Position numbers and translations under genes: made by a program. A DNA stretch of 63,981 nucleotides, counting the filler, from Octopus bimaculoides (Eukaryota): NCBI RefSeq assembly GCF_001194135.2. It is 5 parts of 5 records of this genome, joined end to end, with 100 filler letters (N's around TTAATTAATTAA, not from the genome) between each part and the next. Parts side by side here need not be neighbours in the genome. Positions count along the whole stretch, not along the records: positions 42,856 to 59,644 come from NC_068981.1; positions 59,745 to 62,820 come from NC_068998.1; positions 62,921 to 63,981 come from NC_068991.1; 2 more parts are not named here. One strand, written 5' to 3'. The notes beneath the pieces were generated by a model, which worked only from the letters and a program-made list of their open reading frames with translations, did no database searches and was not told the DNA's origin. Below are positions 49,570-63,872 of this stretch, in pieces (within the stretch, counting starts at the first letter, position 1; every line of letters begins with the position of its first letter).

Positions 49570-50053
49570 AGCACACCGGTATGTTATAGACACTATCTAG
49601 CATTGGATACACTGCTGAGGAGAGCGCAAGTCTGGTGGACCTAGTTCGAATCCCTGACACGCAACTCCTCAAGAGACTATTTTACAACGAACTGCGGAAG
49701 GCAAGCGCGCGCAAACCGGACAGAAAAAGCGCTTCAAGGACACACTGAAAGCTTCGGTGAAGGACTCTGAGATCAAATCCGACACTTGGGAAACACGAAC
49801 ACAAGACGCCCAAATGCACCAACAGTGGTGCCACCTCCTACAAACAGAACAAGACTGCATAGGCACAAAGAAAACGCGAACTACGCAGGTCCAGAGCCAA
49901 CTCCTTGCCTTCAGCCCCAACAAACCACTAGTATCCAACCTGCAACAGAGCCTTCTGAGTACGCATTGAACTGATTGACCACAGCCGGATACACCATGCC
50001 CCGTCTTCTCCCATATGATGTCCTTGGTCAACGTCGACAACGACGGACGAACT
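49570..50053 (+). mobile_element. RTE-BovB-like LINE 3' fragment
   Basis: LVRIPDTQLLKRLFYNEL..GKRAQTGQKKRFKDTLKASVK..TWET...YPTCNRAF..RIELIDHSRIH, then the 3' end GTCCTTGGTC...CGACGGACGAAC. Confidence 0.85.
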
Positions 50054-50408
50054 AATCTAGATGTGCTATAGATTTTTAAAATATAATCTAAGGATTTAGG
50101 AAGTCTATTTTTATTTTTGACCTTCTTGAAAAACATGCTTATAATTTTATTATAATACAAGTATGATTAACAAAATAAGGTAAACAACAGTACTCTAGAA
50201 ATTATTTTTTCTCTAAATTTTTATCTCAGAAATTTCCTTTTTCAAACTTTCCGTATGAAAAGCATCGCTTTTTCCTTCTTTTTTGATTTCAAGTGCAACA
50301 TGAAGTGAATAACTTAAAGAACCACTGCACTAACATCTTAAAAGAGGAAGAACAGTATTGGAAATTGGTGAAAGTAATTGGAAATGAGTAGAGACACATA
50401 ATACTTTC

Positions 50409-50870
50409 AAGGCGGCGAGCTGGCAGAACCGTTAGCACGCCGTGCGAAATCCTTAGTGGTATTTTGTCTGCCGCTACGTTCTGAGTTCAAATTCCACAGG
50501 GGTTTATTTTACCTTTTATCCTTTCAGGGTCAATAAAATAAGCACTTGTTGAACCCAGGGGTCAATAAATCGACTACGCCCTCCCACCACACATTTCAGG
50601 CCTTGTGACTATAGTATAAAGAATTATAGAATACATTTGTTCTTCAATTCTTACGGTTGCATTAGGCAGTGATCTAGCAGAATTGTTAGCACGCCAGACG
50701 AAATGCTTGGCGGCATTTTGTCTGTCTTCACGTTCTGATTCAATTTCTGTCAGCGTCTACTTTGCCTTTCATCCTTTCTAGGGTCCATAAAATAAGTACC
50801 AGTTGAGTACTTGGGTCGATTTAATCGACTTTCCCCCTCCACCGAAATTGCTGGCCTTGTGCCAAAATTT
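50409..50870 (+). mobile_element. Two older tandem central-domain SINE copies
   Basis: Same motifs as 45855, more diverged. Confidence 0.8.
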
Positions 50871-51699
50871 GAAATGACTATTTACAGTTGCAGCTCTCAA
50901 AATTCCGGTCTGCATTTCTGTTAAATTTCCATATTACCGTCACCTTACAACAAACGTAATATTTGGTTTTAGAAAATGATCTTATTTTGTTGTAGGAATT
51001 CAATGACATTACCATATTAAATTGCCTATAATTCATTATCAACATGAAATTCGATGGCTCGATCAAAACGCTTCAGGAATTTACTTTTATCGGAATACAG
51101 TTTAAAGAATAAAAGTGATCCATAAATATAACCTTAACGAAAGAAGAATAGAATAAGGCTTACAGAATGAATGTATTCAACGGATTAGAAATGTTCACTT
51201 CCGGATCGATTTACGGTTCGCTAGCTTTAGATAATGTAAGCCAACATACATTATCCTACCTTTCAATGAGATTTGTCACGCTCAAATGCATTTGATCATT
51301 TGTCTGGGTTTAAACAACAACTTATGCAACAATAAAAAAGATATTTGAAGTGTCGACATATGCAAATTTACCATATTAGGCCCTAATGGTTCCATTTCTA
51401 ACGCTTTAGCTATCTAGTAACAACATCAACAACACAATAAGCGACGGAAGAGGTAGCAACAGTAACAAAAACAGAAGGAAGAAACAGAAATGATCGCACC
51501 CAACAAAAAACCAGGAGCAGCTGAATGCTTAAAGTACCGGACAACCAGGTAACAAGATTATTAATTCGAATGCTGTTAGTAGCACTGCACTACAATGATT
51601 AGAAAGCAGATATACTTATGTTTCAAAGACCATCTTCATCTATCAGTCAGGTTGTGAGTATCACAAGGTTAACATCGAATCAAAAATTAGTAAGCAATG

Positions 51700-52330
51700 G
51701 TGACCTGGCTCTCCGTCGGTTACAACGATAAGCATTTCAGTCGATAGGATCAACTGAACAAAAGCCTGCTCCTGAAATTAACGTGCAAGTGGCTGAGCAC
51801 TCCATAGACACGCGTACCCTTAAACGTAGTTCTTAGAGAGATTCAGCGTGACACAGAGTATGATAAAACTGGCCCTTTGAATTACAGGTCCAACTTTTTT
51901 TTTTGCCAGCAGAGTAGACTGGAGCAACGATTAATAAAGTGTCTTGCTCAAGAACACAACGTGCCGCCGGGAATTAATTTCAAGATCTTAGGATCGTGAG
52001 CGCCGAAAACTCTAGCGGCGTGACTATTTGGCGCTCACACACACACATACATACATACATGCATGCATGCATGCATACATACATACATACATACATACAT
52101 ACGTATACATGAATGTATGCGTGTGTGTGTATATATGTGTGTTTGTTCACCATCACTACTTGAGAACCGGTACTGGCTTGTGTACATCCCCGTAACTTAG
52201 CAGTTCGGCAAAAAGTAACAGATAGAATAAATACTAGCCTTCAAATAAGTGCTGGGGTCAATTTGCTCAGCAATACCCTTCAAGACTGTATACTCCAGCA
52301 TGGTCGCAGTTCAAAGAATGAAACAAGTTG
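51700..52330. mobile_element. Mixed SINE fragments
   Basis: CCTGCTCCTGAAATTAACGTGCAAGTGGCTGAGCACTCC (tRNA-SINE body) and CATCCCCGTAACTTAGCAGTTCGGCAAAA (CORE-like 3' module). Confidence 0.75.
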
Positions 52331-53012
52331 AAGATAAAATTATTATAGATTAAATGGCAATGTTTAATAATAATTTTCTAAATTTTTCTCTAAATTCTTT
52401 AAATATTTTTTTTTAAGTTCAAGAGAAGTCGATGGGTNNNNNNNNNNNNNNNNNNNNNNNNNNNNNNNNNNNNNNNNNNNNNNNNNNNNNNNNNNNNNNN
52501 NNNNNNNNNNNNNNNNNNNNNNNNNNNNNNNNNNNNNNNNNNNNNNNNNNNNNNNNNNNNNNNNNNNNNNNNNNNNNNNNNNNNNNNNNNNNNNNNNNNN
52601 NNNNNNNNNNNNNNNNNNNNNNNNNNNNNNNNNNNNNNNNNNNNNNNNNNNNNNNNNNNNNNNNNNNNNNNNNNNNNNNNNNNNNNNNNNNNNNNNNNNN
52701 NNNNNNNNNNNNNNNNNNNNNNNNNNNNNNNNNNNNNNNNNNNNNNNNNNNNNNNNNNNNNNNNNNNNNNNNNNNNNNNNNNNNNNNNNNNNNNNNNNNN
52801 NNNNNNNNNNNNNNNNNNNNNNNNNNNNNNNNNNNNNNNNNNNNNNNNNNNNNNNNNNNNNNNNNNNNNNNNNNNNNNNNNNNNNNNNNNNNNNNNNNNN
52901 NNNNNNNNNNNNNNNNNNNNNNNNNNNNNNNNNNNNNNNNNNNNNNNNNNNNNNNNNNNNNNNNNNNNNNNNNNNNNNNNNNNNNNNNNNNNNNNNNNNN
53001 NNNNNNNNNNNN

Positions 53013-53092
<80 letters not shown>

Positions 53093-53315
53093 GAGGAAGT
53101 AAATGAATATGGAAATGTAGTTGGTTTTTTGTATGTACTATAGAGAAAAAATGATTTGATGTCGCTACATTAGGTAAATAATAAGTACAATGACGTCATA
53201 TTTGGTAATCATATACAACTATATAGAGTGGAGCATTTGTGAGTCACATTTGTAATCTGACCTGAAGTTTTAGCTCTAAATGCCAAAACACACATTGCTA
53301 TGCGCTCTCTCTATA

Positions 53316-53350
<35 letters not shown>

Positions 53351-56300
53351 CACACACATTCACACACACACACACACACAAACACAGATAGACATAGATA
53401 CACAGACACACACACACACACACACACATACACACACACACATATAAATACACGCATATGGATCTCATCGGTTGTTAAAATGAATATCCTAGCTGTTCGA
53501 TCAACTGAACTGTGTAGTCATTGAATTATATAGTGTGAATGTCAGAGTATTCACGGACACTTACATTGCTATTGTAGTCTTCTGCTGGTATCAACCCGAC
53601 ATGGTGCATGATAAAGATGGACATTTGCTTTATAGTTATAATAATTCGTTCAACGCCCTCCACATAGATTCGATCTCCGTAATTTCACTAACAAGGCTTT
53701 GGTCGAACCAAATCTATATAAGAAGACACTTGCTCAAAGGGCGCGTAATGATATCGAACTCGTAACCAAGTGATTGTGACGTGAACTTGTTGGCCATATA
53801 TGCATTCTCCTAAATAGATAAATATCAAGAAAATAAAAGTACATTCTAACATTTATGGAAAAATTAATTAATTGTTACAATTAATCATTTTTACAGAAGA
53901 CTAACCAGTGAAGCATAATCATGCCAGATAACTGACTGTATTTAGTTATGTCCTTTTGCATTCCTTGTTCAAACCCTGTTGAGGTATTTCAGATGTCAAT
54001 GGGCCATTTGGCAAAGTGGTTCGAGGTGTCGGAGAGAATGCCTCGAGCTGTTTGTTCTTATATTCTAAATACTAGTTGAGCACTGGGGGTCGATGTAACC
54101 GACAAGCCCCCCTCCCTCTAAATTTCAGCCTTGTGGTTATAGTAGAAAAGCGATTTGATCCGACTCTCTGGGCTTTGACTTTAAATCCTGCCGAGGTCAT
54201 CTTTACCTTTCATCCATTCAGGGCCGATAAAAGAAAGTACCAGCCTAGGGTGTTGGATTGGAGGAGCAATAAAAACGACAGACCGGATGCCTTGCTGTAA
54301 TTGTTCCGGCTGTTTGCGATTTCCCGCCATGACTTACTTGGATGATAGACAATCCGTCTATCATCCAAGTAAGGTGTCAGGTGGTGGTGTTAAACTGGTG
54401 TTACTCAGTTTAACACCACCACCTGACACTTTTGGCTACTTTTAACATTGGCATGCCAAACGACTGAGAAGTCCTCACACTAGTTGCACCACCTAAATAC
54501 TTAATGATTTTAGATAACCTCACTCAATTTGATCTTTTAGTTATGATAAAAAGTAAACGCAAATTTAGTTAATGCAGCTGGGCCGTCATGCTAGATATAG
54601 TCAGTGAAGAGTATATCTGAGATGATGACCCAGGCTGTGGGTTCGTTTTGTACATCGGTTACTTTTGCAGGATTGCCTCTGATATCAACTGTGTTTTCTT
54701 GAATTCTTCTCCCAAGAAGCTATTCACTTTCAGGTATAATTTCCGGCACCACAGAAAAAGCCCAGCCTTCGAAATACAGTTATGTCAATAATGTAGATGT
54801 ATTGTTACCGTGAAATATCGTCAGAGATTGTAAGATATGGTAATTTTATCGTAAAGATTTTTAGTTTTGTGTTGTTCAAAAATAGAGAAGATGAAGTGAT
54901 GTGCTTTTAATTCCCTGGTGCTTCAATTAATTATATCTTGTTTTTAAATGGTACTCTATTATCCTGTTCCCCTTTTGAGGCCTCGATTCATGTATGTAAT
55001 GAAAGAGTAGCGTGAGTTGTTTTGGTTGCATATGTATACGGCACTCATCAACAATTTTACATACACACACATGTATATATTACATTTGTATTGGCTGGGC
55101 ATAATGAATTGACTCGCTGATTTTATAATTAATGCAACCCATAGTGATGAAAGATTAAATCTACCCAAAACGGTGTGACTCAAAACTAAATACTGTTAAT
55201 CATGGATTAACACTGTTGTCCTTCTTGGAAATGAGAAGCAACGCCATGTGTTTTTATAGATAAGGATCTATATAAAATATTCTAAAACCCATTATGTCAA
55301 ATGTAGCCCCTGGAAGTGGGATACACTGAAAAGATGTTTTGTAATTAGTTGACTTGAGAGTTTAGAAATTTAGCTTGATAAAGCAGCTCATCTTCGAGCT
55401 GTTCACTAAGATTAGTTCACTGTTAGAGCTAAACAATCAAGTAAGTTAATTATAACCTGATAAACAGTATCAAATATATTGATTTGTTAGTATAAGGCAA
55501 CCCCGACAAATATTTAAATGAGTAAATAGTCTAGTTATAGCGCTTGTTGTTTTACAGCGCTTGTTGTTTTACTTGCCAAGTACATGCTTCTTTGCCTGCG
55601 GCACTCATCAACAATATTGAATACATTTCACAGTTAACTTTTACGCACACACACACAAGTATGTATGTATGTATGTATAACATTTGTATTGGCTGGGCAT
55701 AGTGAATTGATTCGCTGGTTTAATAATTAACGCAACCCATAGTGATGAAAGACGAAATCTACCTTGACAGTATTTGAATCCAAAACGTTGTGATTCGAAA
55801 CTAAATACTGTTAAGTATCTAGTTCGAAGTTCTGTTTTCTTTATCTACTCAACACCCATTCACAATGTGGTATATCATATACATTTCATAGTAAATTTAT
55901 CTATACATAGCAGAAACTAATAAGAAAGGCGGGGGAAATACGGTATGCCCTCAGTTAAGATCAGATATCAAACCACTGAGTATTCACTACTAAATATGCC
56001 AGATTAAAATCTCACTATTTTTACACCTCATTTATGATATTTACAAGCAGGACATGGTCTTAAGTGAAGTCAATAAATTCAATGACATCTGTCATTGCAC
56101 TGTTTTCTGACATTGCTACTGGATATTTATCTCTCAAACCAAAAGCATTCCCAATACAGCCACCAACTTGACAAAGAAATTTTCGACATGTATCATACAA
56201 AGGACCATGTGTCCTTTTTCACTTTTTCTATTTATTTATTTTTAGACGTGTTCATAAGAGAGCTGTATGAGTTCAAATTGTGCTAAGGCGTGTATAATCT

Positions 56301-56509
56301 AACGTTTCTAGTCTTAGACTTCGTCCGAGAATACAGAAATAAGTGATATTGTCGCTTAGGCATTTGGCAAGTACATTACTTTTTTCTTTTTTTTTTTCTT
56401 TTAATATCTTTTTAAAGCTTACTACTCCTATGACCGGTTACCCGGGTTCCATGATGTATAAGTAGCCAAAATCACAACATTTACAGGGATCAAGGCCAGA
56501 AATTTTGAA

Positions 56510-57610
56510 GAAAAGGGGACAAGAAGTTAATATTGACATCAGTATTCGACTGGTACTTTATTTTATCAACCCTAAAGGAATGAAAAGAAAAGTTAACCGC
56601 GGTGGGATTTGAATTCAGAACGTAAAAAAAAACGAAAGAAATGCTGCTAAACATTTTGTCTTATGTGCTTATGATTTCGCCAGCTTGCGCCTTAGGCAAG
56701 TAAATGGAAATGATTTATTATGATGAAAGTGATGACACCAACTTTTGACTATTTTCTCAGTCTGGGGCGGAGAGCAAGACCCGTTACGTTGCTGAGACCC
56801 CCCCTCGGTCACGAATGACCATGGGATTGCACCTAGAAAGTTACCCTCCGAGGCACAGTCCGGGCAAGGTTGTTTATGGAAGACCGGCAGTCGCCCATGC
56901 ATACCGGTCTCCCATCTCCACGCCACCAGTGTTATCCAAGGCAAAGGCCGATACAGCTTGGCACATGTGACGTCGTAACTCATTTCTACAGCTGAGTAAA
57001 CTGGAGCAACGTGAAATAAAGTGTCTTGCTCAAGAACACAACACGCAGCCCGATCCGGGATTCGAACTNNNNNNNNNNGCTCAAGAACACAACACGCAGC
57101 CCGATCCGGGATTCGAACTCACAACCTCGCGATCGTAAGCTCGACGCTCTAACCACTGAGCCATGCGCCTTCACCCGTTACGTTACGTTAGAGTCTACAT
57201 TATTCACAGTAATTGAACTTCTCCACGTCTTAGTGATGAACTGTTGCGAATACAAATGAATTCAACTTTATATCAATCTCAGTACTTGATTGGTACTTTA
57301 TTTTATCAACTCTGAAAGTATGAAAAGTAATGTTGACCTTGGCAGAATTTGAACTCTGAACTGAAAGATCCGGGAAAATCACCATTTCTAAGACATTTTT
57401 CCGACATTCTAACGATTCTACCAATCCGTAACCTTATATCGTTTCTAAATGAGAAACAAAGCTAGAAAATGCGGGGAGAGTTAAGTTGAATATATTTGGT
57501 ACTTTCTAGAGGTATGAAAGGTAAAGTTGACTATGGCAAGATTTGAACTCAAACCATGAAGTGCCAAATCAAATATTAAAAGGCATTAACGATTCTGGCA
57601 ATCCACAGCC
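56510..57610 (-). mobile_element. Cluster of SINEs, including a near full-length tRNA-SINE at 56790-57173
   Basis: Minus-strand head GAAGGCGCATGGCTCAGTGGTTAGAGCGTCG...GAGTTCGAATCCCGG, flanked by central-domain fragments. Confidence 0.82.
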
Positions 57611-58528
57611 TTTTACTCATGCACATAGATAATGCGACTTTGAAAGAGAAGAAATATGTTTGTTATGACATTTATGCCTTTCCCAATGTCACTTTAAGGA
57701 TTGCCTTGAAATTACTTGGCGATTTAATTTAACCTCTGCTTCACTCATGTGCTAACTCCTTTCTCTACTTTTTCTATTGCTGTTACTATTATTACTATTG
57801 CTCGGAGCTGGAATCTCGCTTGGTGTTCATGTCTACTCCAGCGCTCCTCATTCATTAGTTTCTTCTTCTCTCGTCGCACGTACATCGTTCACCACCACCA
57901 TCATTATTATCATCATCATCCGCAACGCTGAACATTATGCCCATTCTTTTCTCAACAGAGACTTTTTAGAATTCTTTCCATGATCACATTTTTACCGCAG
58001 CCATAAACTTACAACAATTCAAGAAGAGAGCAAGAACTGCATTGACCTCATCAGTCTCTGATGACTTGAGAAGGCCATAGACACGTCTCTTTCTCCAGAC
58101 CAAATCCAACACGCGCGCGCGCGCGCGGTGTTATTGATTTGAAATGGCTTCAAACTAGAATCGAAACACAGTCGCAGATATTCGGTCAGACGTCTTATAG
58201 CAATTAACTGTTCAATTTACATATATTGAAGTACAAAGATATAAAGTTGCGACTTCGATCGCGACTTACAAAGAGGGCAACAGTTTTTAAAATACAGTCT
58301 GGAAGCCTATTTTCAGATGGATAACGAAGCAAACAATAACCTCATTCACAACAACAACACATACAAAACAAACCTGTTACATATAAAGATTTTTGCAGAC
58401 GTGTTCTTAATTTTGAATTCTATATAGCTTACACGTTTCAGTGAGTCATGATAGTAAACTGAGTGGAAACAATAACACAAACAACAACAAAGTCAAAGCC
58501 AGCAACACCGACAACAACAACAACAACA

Positions 58529-58569
<41 letters not shown>

Positions 58570-60217
58570 TAAATACCTGGATTTCATTAAATAAAATACA
58601 ACAAATACAACATAAAAAGGAGTAAAACCAGTTGAGCAAAACAGGTTTAAGACTTATGTTTTGAACGCAAATGTTAATTAGGTACTGAAGATCCCTTTCA
58701 TTTCCATACAGATGTTTCTATAATTTGAACTAAATCTCAGAAACTACTACTTATAAACTAATACGTTATGGTATTCTTATTTATATATCTTTTCCATATG
58801 GAACATAAGATTATTTTCTGTTAAAGGGAGTTGCTTTGTGGTAAACTACACACAGTTTCCTAAACTAATCTGGCTTTTAAGGACATTGTAGATTTTGGAG
58901 TGGCTTGCTCATGCTACATAGCTTTTTAATTCAAACCATAGAATGGTGAATTAACAGAAACCCCAAGTGCACCAAACTAAGTTCCTTTCATTGTTTGTTT
59001 GGTTCCCTTGCCTTCTGAGTTCAAATTTTTCTGGCGTCTACTTTCCTTTTCCTTTTTCCAGAGGCGATCAAGTAGCTGCTAGTTAGTGGCACTGTAATGT
59101 CTGCATGGTTAAGAAATTTTGTTCTTAATTACTCAGAATACTAGTGATAAGCACCGATCATTAAAAATCTGAATATATATATAAACATAAATAATATATA
59201 ATTATATGCATATATCTATACATATATGTACATACCGACATCGATATGTATACATACAAGCATATATGGGTACAGGACATCACAAAAAACGTTTAACACA
59301 ATTAGAAACGAAAACATAAAGACGAGGACAGAAAACGAACTTTTTTTCGAACAGCGAAAAAAACAAACAGAGAAATGAGACATGCAACATAAAGAATATT
59401 ACCCATCTTCAGTTGTCCCTGCTCCAAATACTCCGCGTTTCGAAGGCAAAGACAATACGCGACTTCGTTGGAGCAGTCCTTCCCGCAAGCAAATTAATTA
59501 AAATTTGGAAATTTTTGCGGTGGGTGAAAATGTAAACAAGAACAGGACAGTAAAAACTAGACAGTAAAAACAAGACAGGACAGTGACAACAAACTTTAAG
59601 GGCTGTTAGGCCAAGACGATAGAGAAATTATTATTTTTTTGAACNNNNNNNNNNNNNNNNNNNNNNNNNNNNNNNNNNNNNNNNNNNNTTAATTAATTAA
59701 NNNNNNNNNNNNNNNNNNNNNNNNNNNNNNNNNNNNNNNNNNNNATATACTTGTCAGAATATGTATTTGTTTATTTATATACATATACATATATATACAT
59801 ATATATACTCGCACGCACACACACACACACAGACACACACACACACACACATACACACACACACACACACACACCTAGAGCCTGCCAACACACAGGGCAA
59901 CCTGAGTAGAGCTGGTACGGTCATGGATCATAAACAATACATTTCATTAATTGAGCATATAGTTTGTTTTCAAGGAGACCCCGGGGATGGATCTCTCCTT
60001 CACTTAATTTCAAATTAAAAACCAATTACCTCCCCTTACTTCCTACACCCGCCACAGTACGTCGCTGTTGTGTTTGGTGCGGTTTCTTTCTGTTTTCACT
60101 TTTAATTATTTTTTTTTTCTCAATGTAACATTAAGTTGGCTTTCGTTTCAGTTTATTTGTCTCCATGCTTTTCTTTTTGTTGTTATTGGTGTTTGTTCTG
60201 CTGCTGTTGTTGTTGTC

Positions 60218-60320
60218 ATTCTTCTTCTTCTTCTTCTTCTTCTTCTTCTTCTTCTTCTTCTTCTTCTTCTTCTTCTTCTTCTTCTTCTTCTTCTTCTTCT
60301 TCTCCTTCTTCTTCTTCTTC
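60218..60320. repeat. (TTC)n trinucleotide microsatellite
   Basis: Directly visible; source of the poly-S/L/F ORFs. Confidence 0.97.
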
Positions 60321-62169
60321 CCGTATTTATTTTTGCTGTGTAGAAATTTCGCTTTTACGACGTTTTAATGCATGTTTGTGTTTTTTTATGGTCATGTTAG
60401 ATTTTTTTTCTTTTTCGTTCAGAAAAGTTTTTAGTTTTGTAAATATATCTTTTCATTTTAGCACAACATACAAATACACATATACATATTCATGCACGTA
60501 TACATATACACACACACATATATATAGACACCTATACATAGATACATACACATATATATATATACATATATATATACACATATGTGTATATATATACACA
60601 TATGTATATATATATATATATATATATNNNNNNNNNNNNNNNNNNNNNNNNNNNNNNNNNNNNNNNNNNNNNNNNNNNNNNNNNNNNNNNNNNNNNNNNN
60701 NNNNNNNNNNNNNNNNNNNNNNNNNNNNNNNNNNNNNNNNNNNNNNNNNNNNNNNNNNNNNNNNNNNNNNNNNNNNNNNNNNNNNNNNNNNNNNNNNNNN
60801 NNNNNNNNNNNNNNNNNNNNNNNNNNNNNNNNNNNNNNNNNNNNNNNNNNNNNNNNNNNNNNNNNNNNNNNNNNNNNNNNNNNNNNNNNNNNNNNNNNNN
60901 NNNNNNNNNNNNNNNNNNNNNNNNNNNNNNNNNNNNNNNNNNNNNNNNNNNNNNNNNNNNNNNNNNNNNNNNNNNNNNNNNNNNNNNNNNNNNNNNNNNN
61001 NNNNNNNNNNNNNNNNNNNNNNNNNNNNNNNNNNNNNNNNNNNNNNNNNNNNNNNNNNNNNNNNNNNNNNNNNNNNNNNNNNNNNNNNNNNNNNNNNNNN
61101 NNNNNNNNNNNNNNNNNNNNNNNNNNNNNNNNNNNNNNNNNNNNNNNNNNNNNNNNNNNNNNNNNNNNNNNNNNNNNNNNNNNNNNNNNNNNNNNNNNNN
61201 NNNNNNNNNNNNNNNNNNNNNNNNNNNNNNNNNNNNNNNNNNNNNNNNNNNNNNNNNNNNNNNNNNNNNNNNNNNNNNNNNNNNNNNNNNNNNNNNNNNN
61301 NNNNNNNNNNNNNNNNNNNNNNNNNNNNNNNNNNNNNNNNNNNNNNNNNNNNNNNNNNNNNNNNNNNNNNNNNNNNNNNNNNNNNNNNAATATATGCGCG
61401 CGCCTGTGTGCGTGTATATTTACATATGTGTGTAAATGCATATATATACCCACACACGTACACACACTAATGGATACACATTCGTACACACATGTAGATA
61501 TATAAATTGCTTTGCATGTTATTTATTTATTCAAGAAAAATGATTCTAATCGTTCCGCAATGAACAGCTGTTTTCTTTTCCTTAAAACATGGCGATGGAA
61601 TTAATACAAACCATAAAGCCCCAAATATTAAAATAAAAATATATAAATAACTAAAGAAAGACAGAGAAATACTAGAAACCAACCAATTAACTTCTACCCA
61701 CTTCCTTATATCTGTGCTAACAGATAAACAATTCGTTGTTGTTGCTTTGTGATTCAATCATTCATACATCGTTGGGAGTGGCGAAAACTGTGTGTCCGTT
61801 GACGATTGCTAACTGACAGTGAAACATCTGCGGTTATCGCCCCTACTAAGAAATGGATGTCAGAATTATAGATGTAGAATGAAAAATAAAACATTATACG
61901 AGCTGTTTAATACTGTTTGAGATGTATTTGGTTAAGAAGGCATACAGAAGCTGGTGGTATGCATGTATACCTATACATGTACACACGCACACACACACAC
62001 ACATACATACATACACACACACATACATACATACATACATACCTACATACATACATACATACATACACACATACATACAAACATACACACACACATATAC
62101 ACACACATATATACATACATATATACATACATGCATGTATGCGTACATACATATATATACATACATACA

Positions 62170-62300
62170 CGCTCCCAACCATATGGTTCCGGGTTCAGTC
62201 CCACTACGTGGCATCTTGGTCAAGTGTCTTCTTCTATAGTCTCGGTCCGATCAAATCCTCGAGAGTTGAATTGGTAGACGGAAACTGAAAGAAGCTCGTA

Positions 62301-62346
<46 letters not shown>

Positions 62347-62600
62347 TGCATCAGCATGGCCGCAGCTCTAAGCTGAAACTATAAAAAAAAATGTGTGTGT
62401 GTGTATATATACTTGTGTGTTTGTGTCTGTGTTTGTCCCTCCATCATCGCTTGACAACTGATCTTGGTCTGCTTACGTCCCCATAACTTAATCAGTTCGG
62501 CAAAGAAGAGACCGATAGAATAAGTCTAGGAAGGTCGATTTGTTCGACTAAAAGGCGGTGCTCCAGCATGGCCACAGTCAAAATGATCGAAACTAGTAAA
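62170..62600 (+). mobile_element. CORE-like SINE with internal (TA)n
   Basis: CCAACCATATGGTTCCGGGTTCAGTCCCACTACGTGGCATCTTGGTCAAGTGTCTTC...AAGGCGGTGCTCCAGCATGGCCACAGTC. Confidence 0.85.
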
Positions 62601-63574
62601 GGGATAATAGAATGAAAGACTCACTCTCCTCGATTCTACGGGAATTCCTAATCATTTTGAACGACCTTCCCAAAGCGCGACAGGAAATATGGACGCTAGG
62701 AGTAGAGATTTACCAAGTTCCCACGTTAACGGACCAAATTCTCAGGCTATCACCGATGTCCATCAAATTGGGATTAAGAAAGACAAAAGAAATTCAGAAA
62801 ATAAATAGTGTTTCTATAGTNNNNNNNNNNNNNNNNNNNNNNNNNNNNNNNNNNNNNNNNNNNNTTAATTAATTAANNNNNNNNNNNNNNNNNNNNNNNN
62901 NNNNNNNNNNNNNNNNNNNNTATATATATATATTCTCAGTTCAGAATAGCTCAATATGATGAGTACGCTTAAATATTCACTAGTCTTTTGTCAACACGTC
63001 TAATATACAAGTGATGACGTCATATTTACTTGGCGATCGACCAACACAAATATTTCTTTCGCTAAAGTGTTGAAACGTCGTCTTTTACGATGTGTTTACG
63101 TTTTAAATAGCAATAATAATAGCAACAGTATCAGCCAAAGAAAGAAAAAAAAAAGGAAAGCTAACTCTGTATAAAAAAAATTAAAAAACACATCAGCAAC
63201 AATAATGGCTGTAAGAGATTTTCTTCGTGGTCACACGACAAACTAGAAATAGAAGATAAATCTTGGTCGAGATCACATATTACTGTCTTGGTATATATGA
63301 AATCTCCATTGTACAGCGTTCATTTGAAATTACTTAATGTTCTTAGTAAGTATCGAAATGACAATTAGTTCTTCAGTTTTCTCTGTTCTGTCAGTATATA
63401 GCTGACTCGATGTTTGTATATGACTCAAATAGACGATCATTTAAGCAACTGAATGGATAACAAACAGCTGGAATATGCACCGTGGAAACCGACGAAAAAT
63501 CCATTTTCACACCAACGTACACACTGATATACTCATACATGCATGCATACATCATGTTTTTATAGTCAATTCAG

Positions 63575-63790
63575 ATTTTTGGCACAAGGCTAGCAAGATC
63601 GGAGGAAGGGTGAGTCGATTACAGTGATCCCAGTGATCCCAGTGATCAACTGGTACTTATTTTATCGACCCTGAGAGTATGAAAGGCTAAGTCCACCCCG
63701 GTGGAGTCTGAACTCAGAACTAAAGACAGACGAAATAACGTTAAGCATTTCGCCCGCCATGCTAACGATTCTGCCGGCTTGCCGCCTTCT
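63575..63790 (-). mobile_element. Central-domain SINE copy
   Basis: CTGGTACTTATTTTATCGACCCTGAGAGTATGAAAGG...GAACTCAGAAC...GCATTTCGCCCGCCATGCTAACGATTCTGCC. Confidence 0.82.
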
Positions 63791-63828
63791 TTTATATCAT
63801 ATATTATATTGTATGTGTGTGTGAGAGT

Positions 63829-63872
<44 letters not shown>

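Noticed and set aside
49620-49660. tRNA-like GTTCGAATCC T-loop
   Set aside because: No cloverleaf. It lies in frame within the RTE ORF (LVRIPDT).
59325-59470. Permuted hammerhead-like cores (CTTCGAAACG...CTGAAGA), also at 7118-7160
   Set aside because: Core words are present, but I could not build consistent stems I-III. Probably fragments of a PLE terminal-repeat family.
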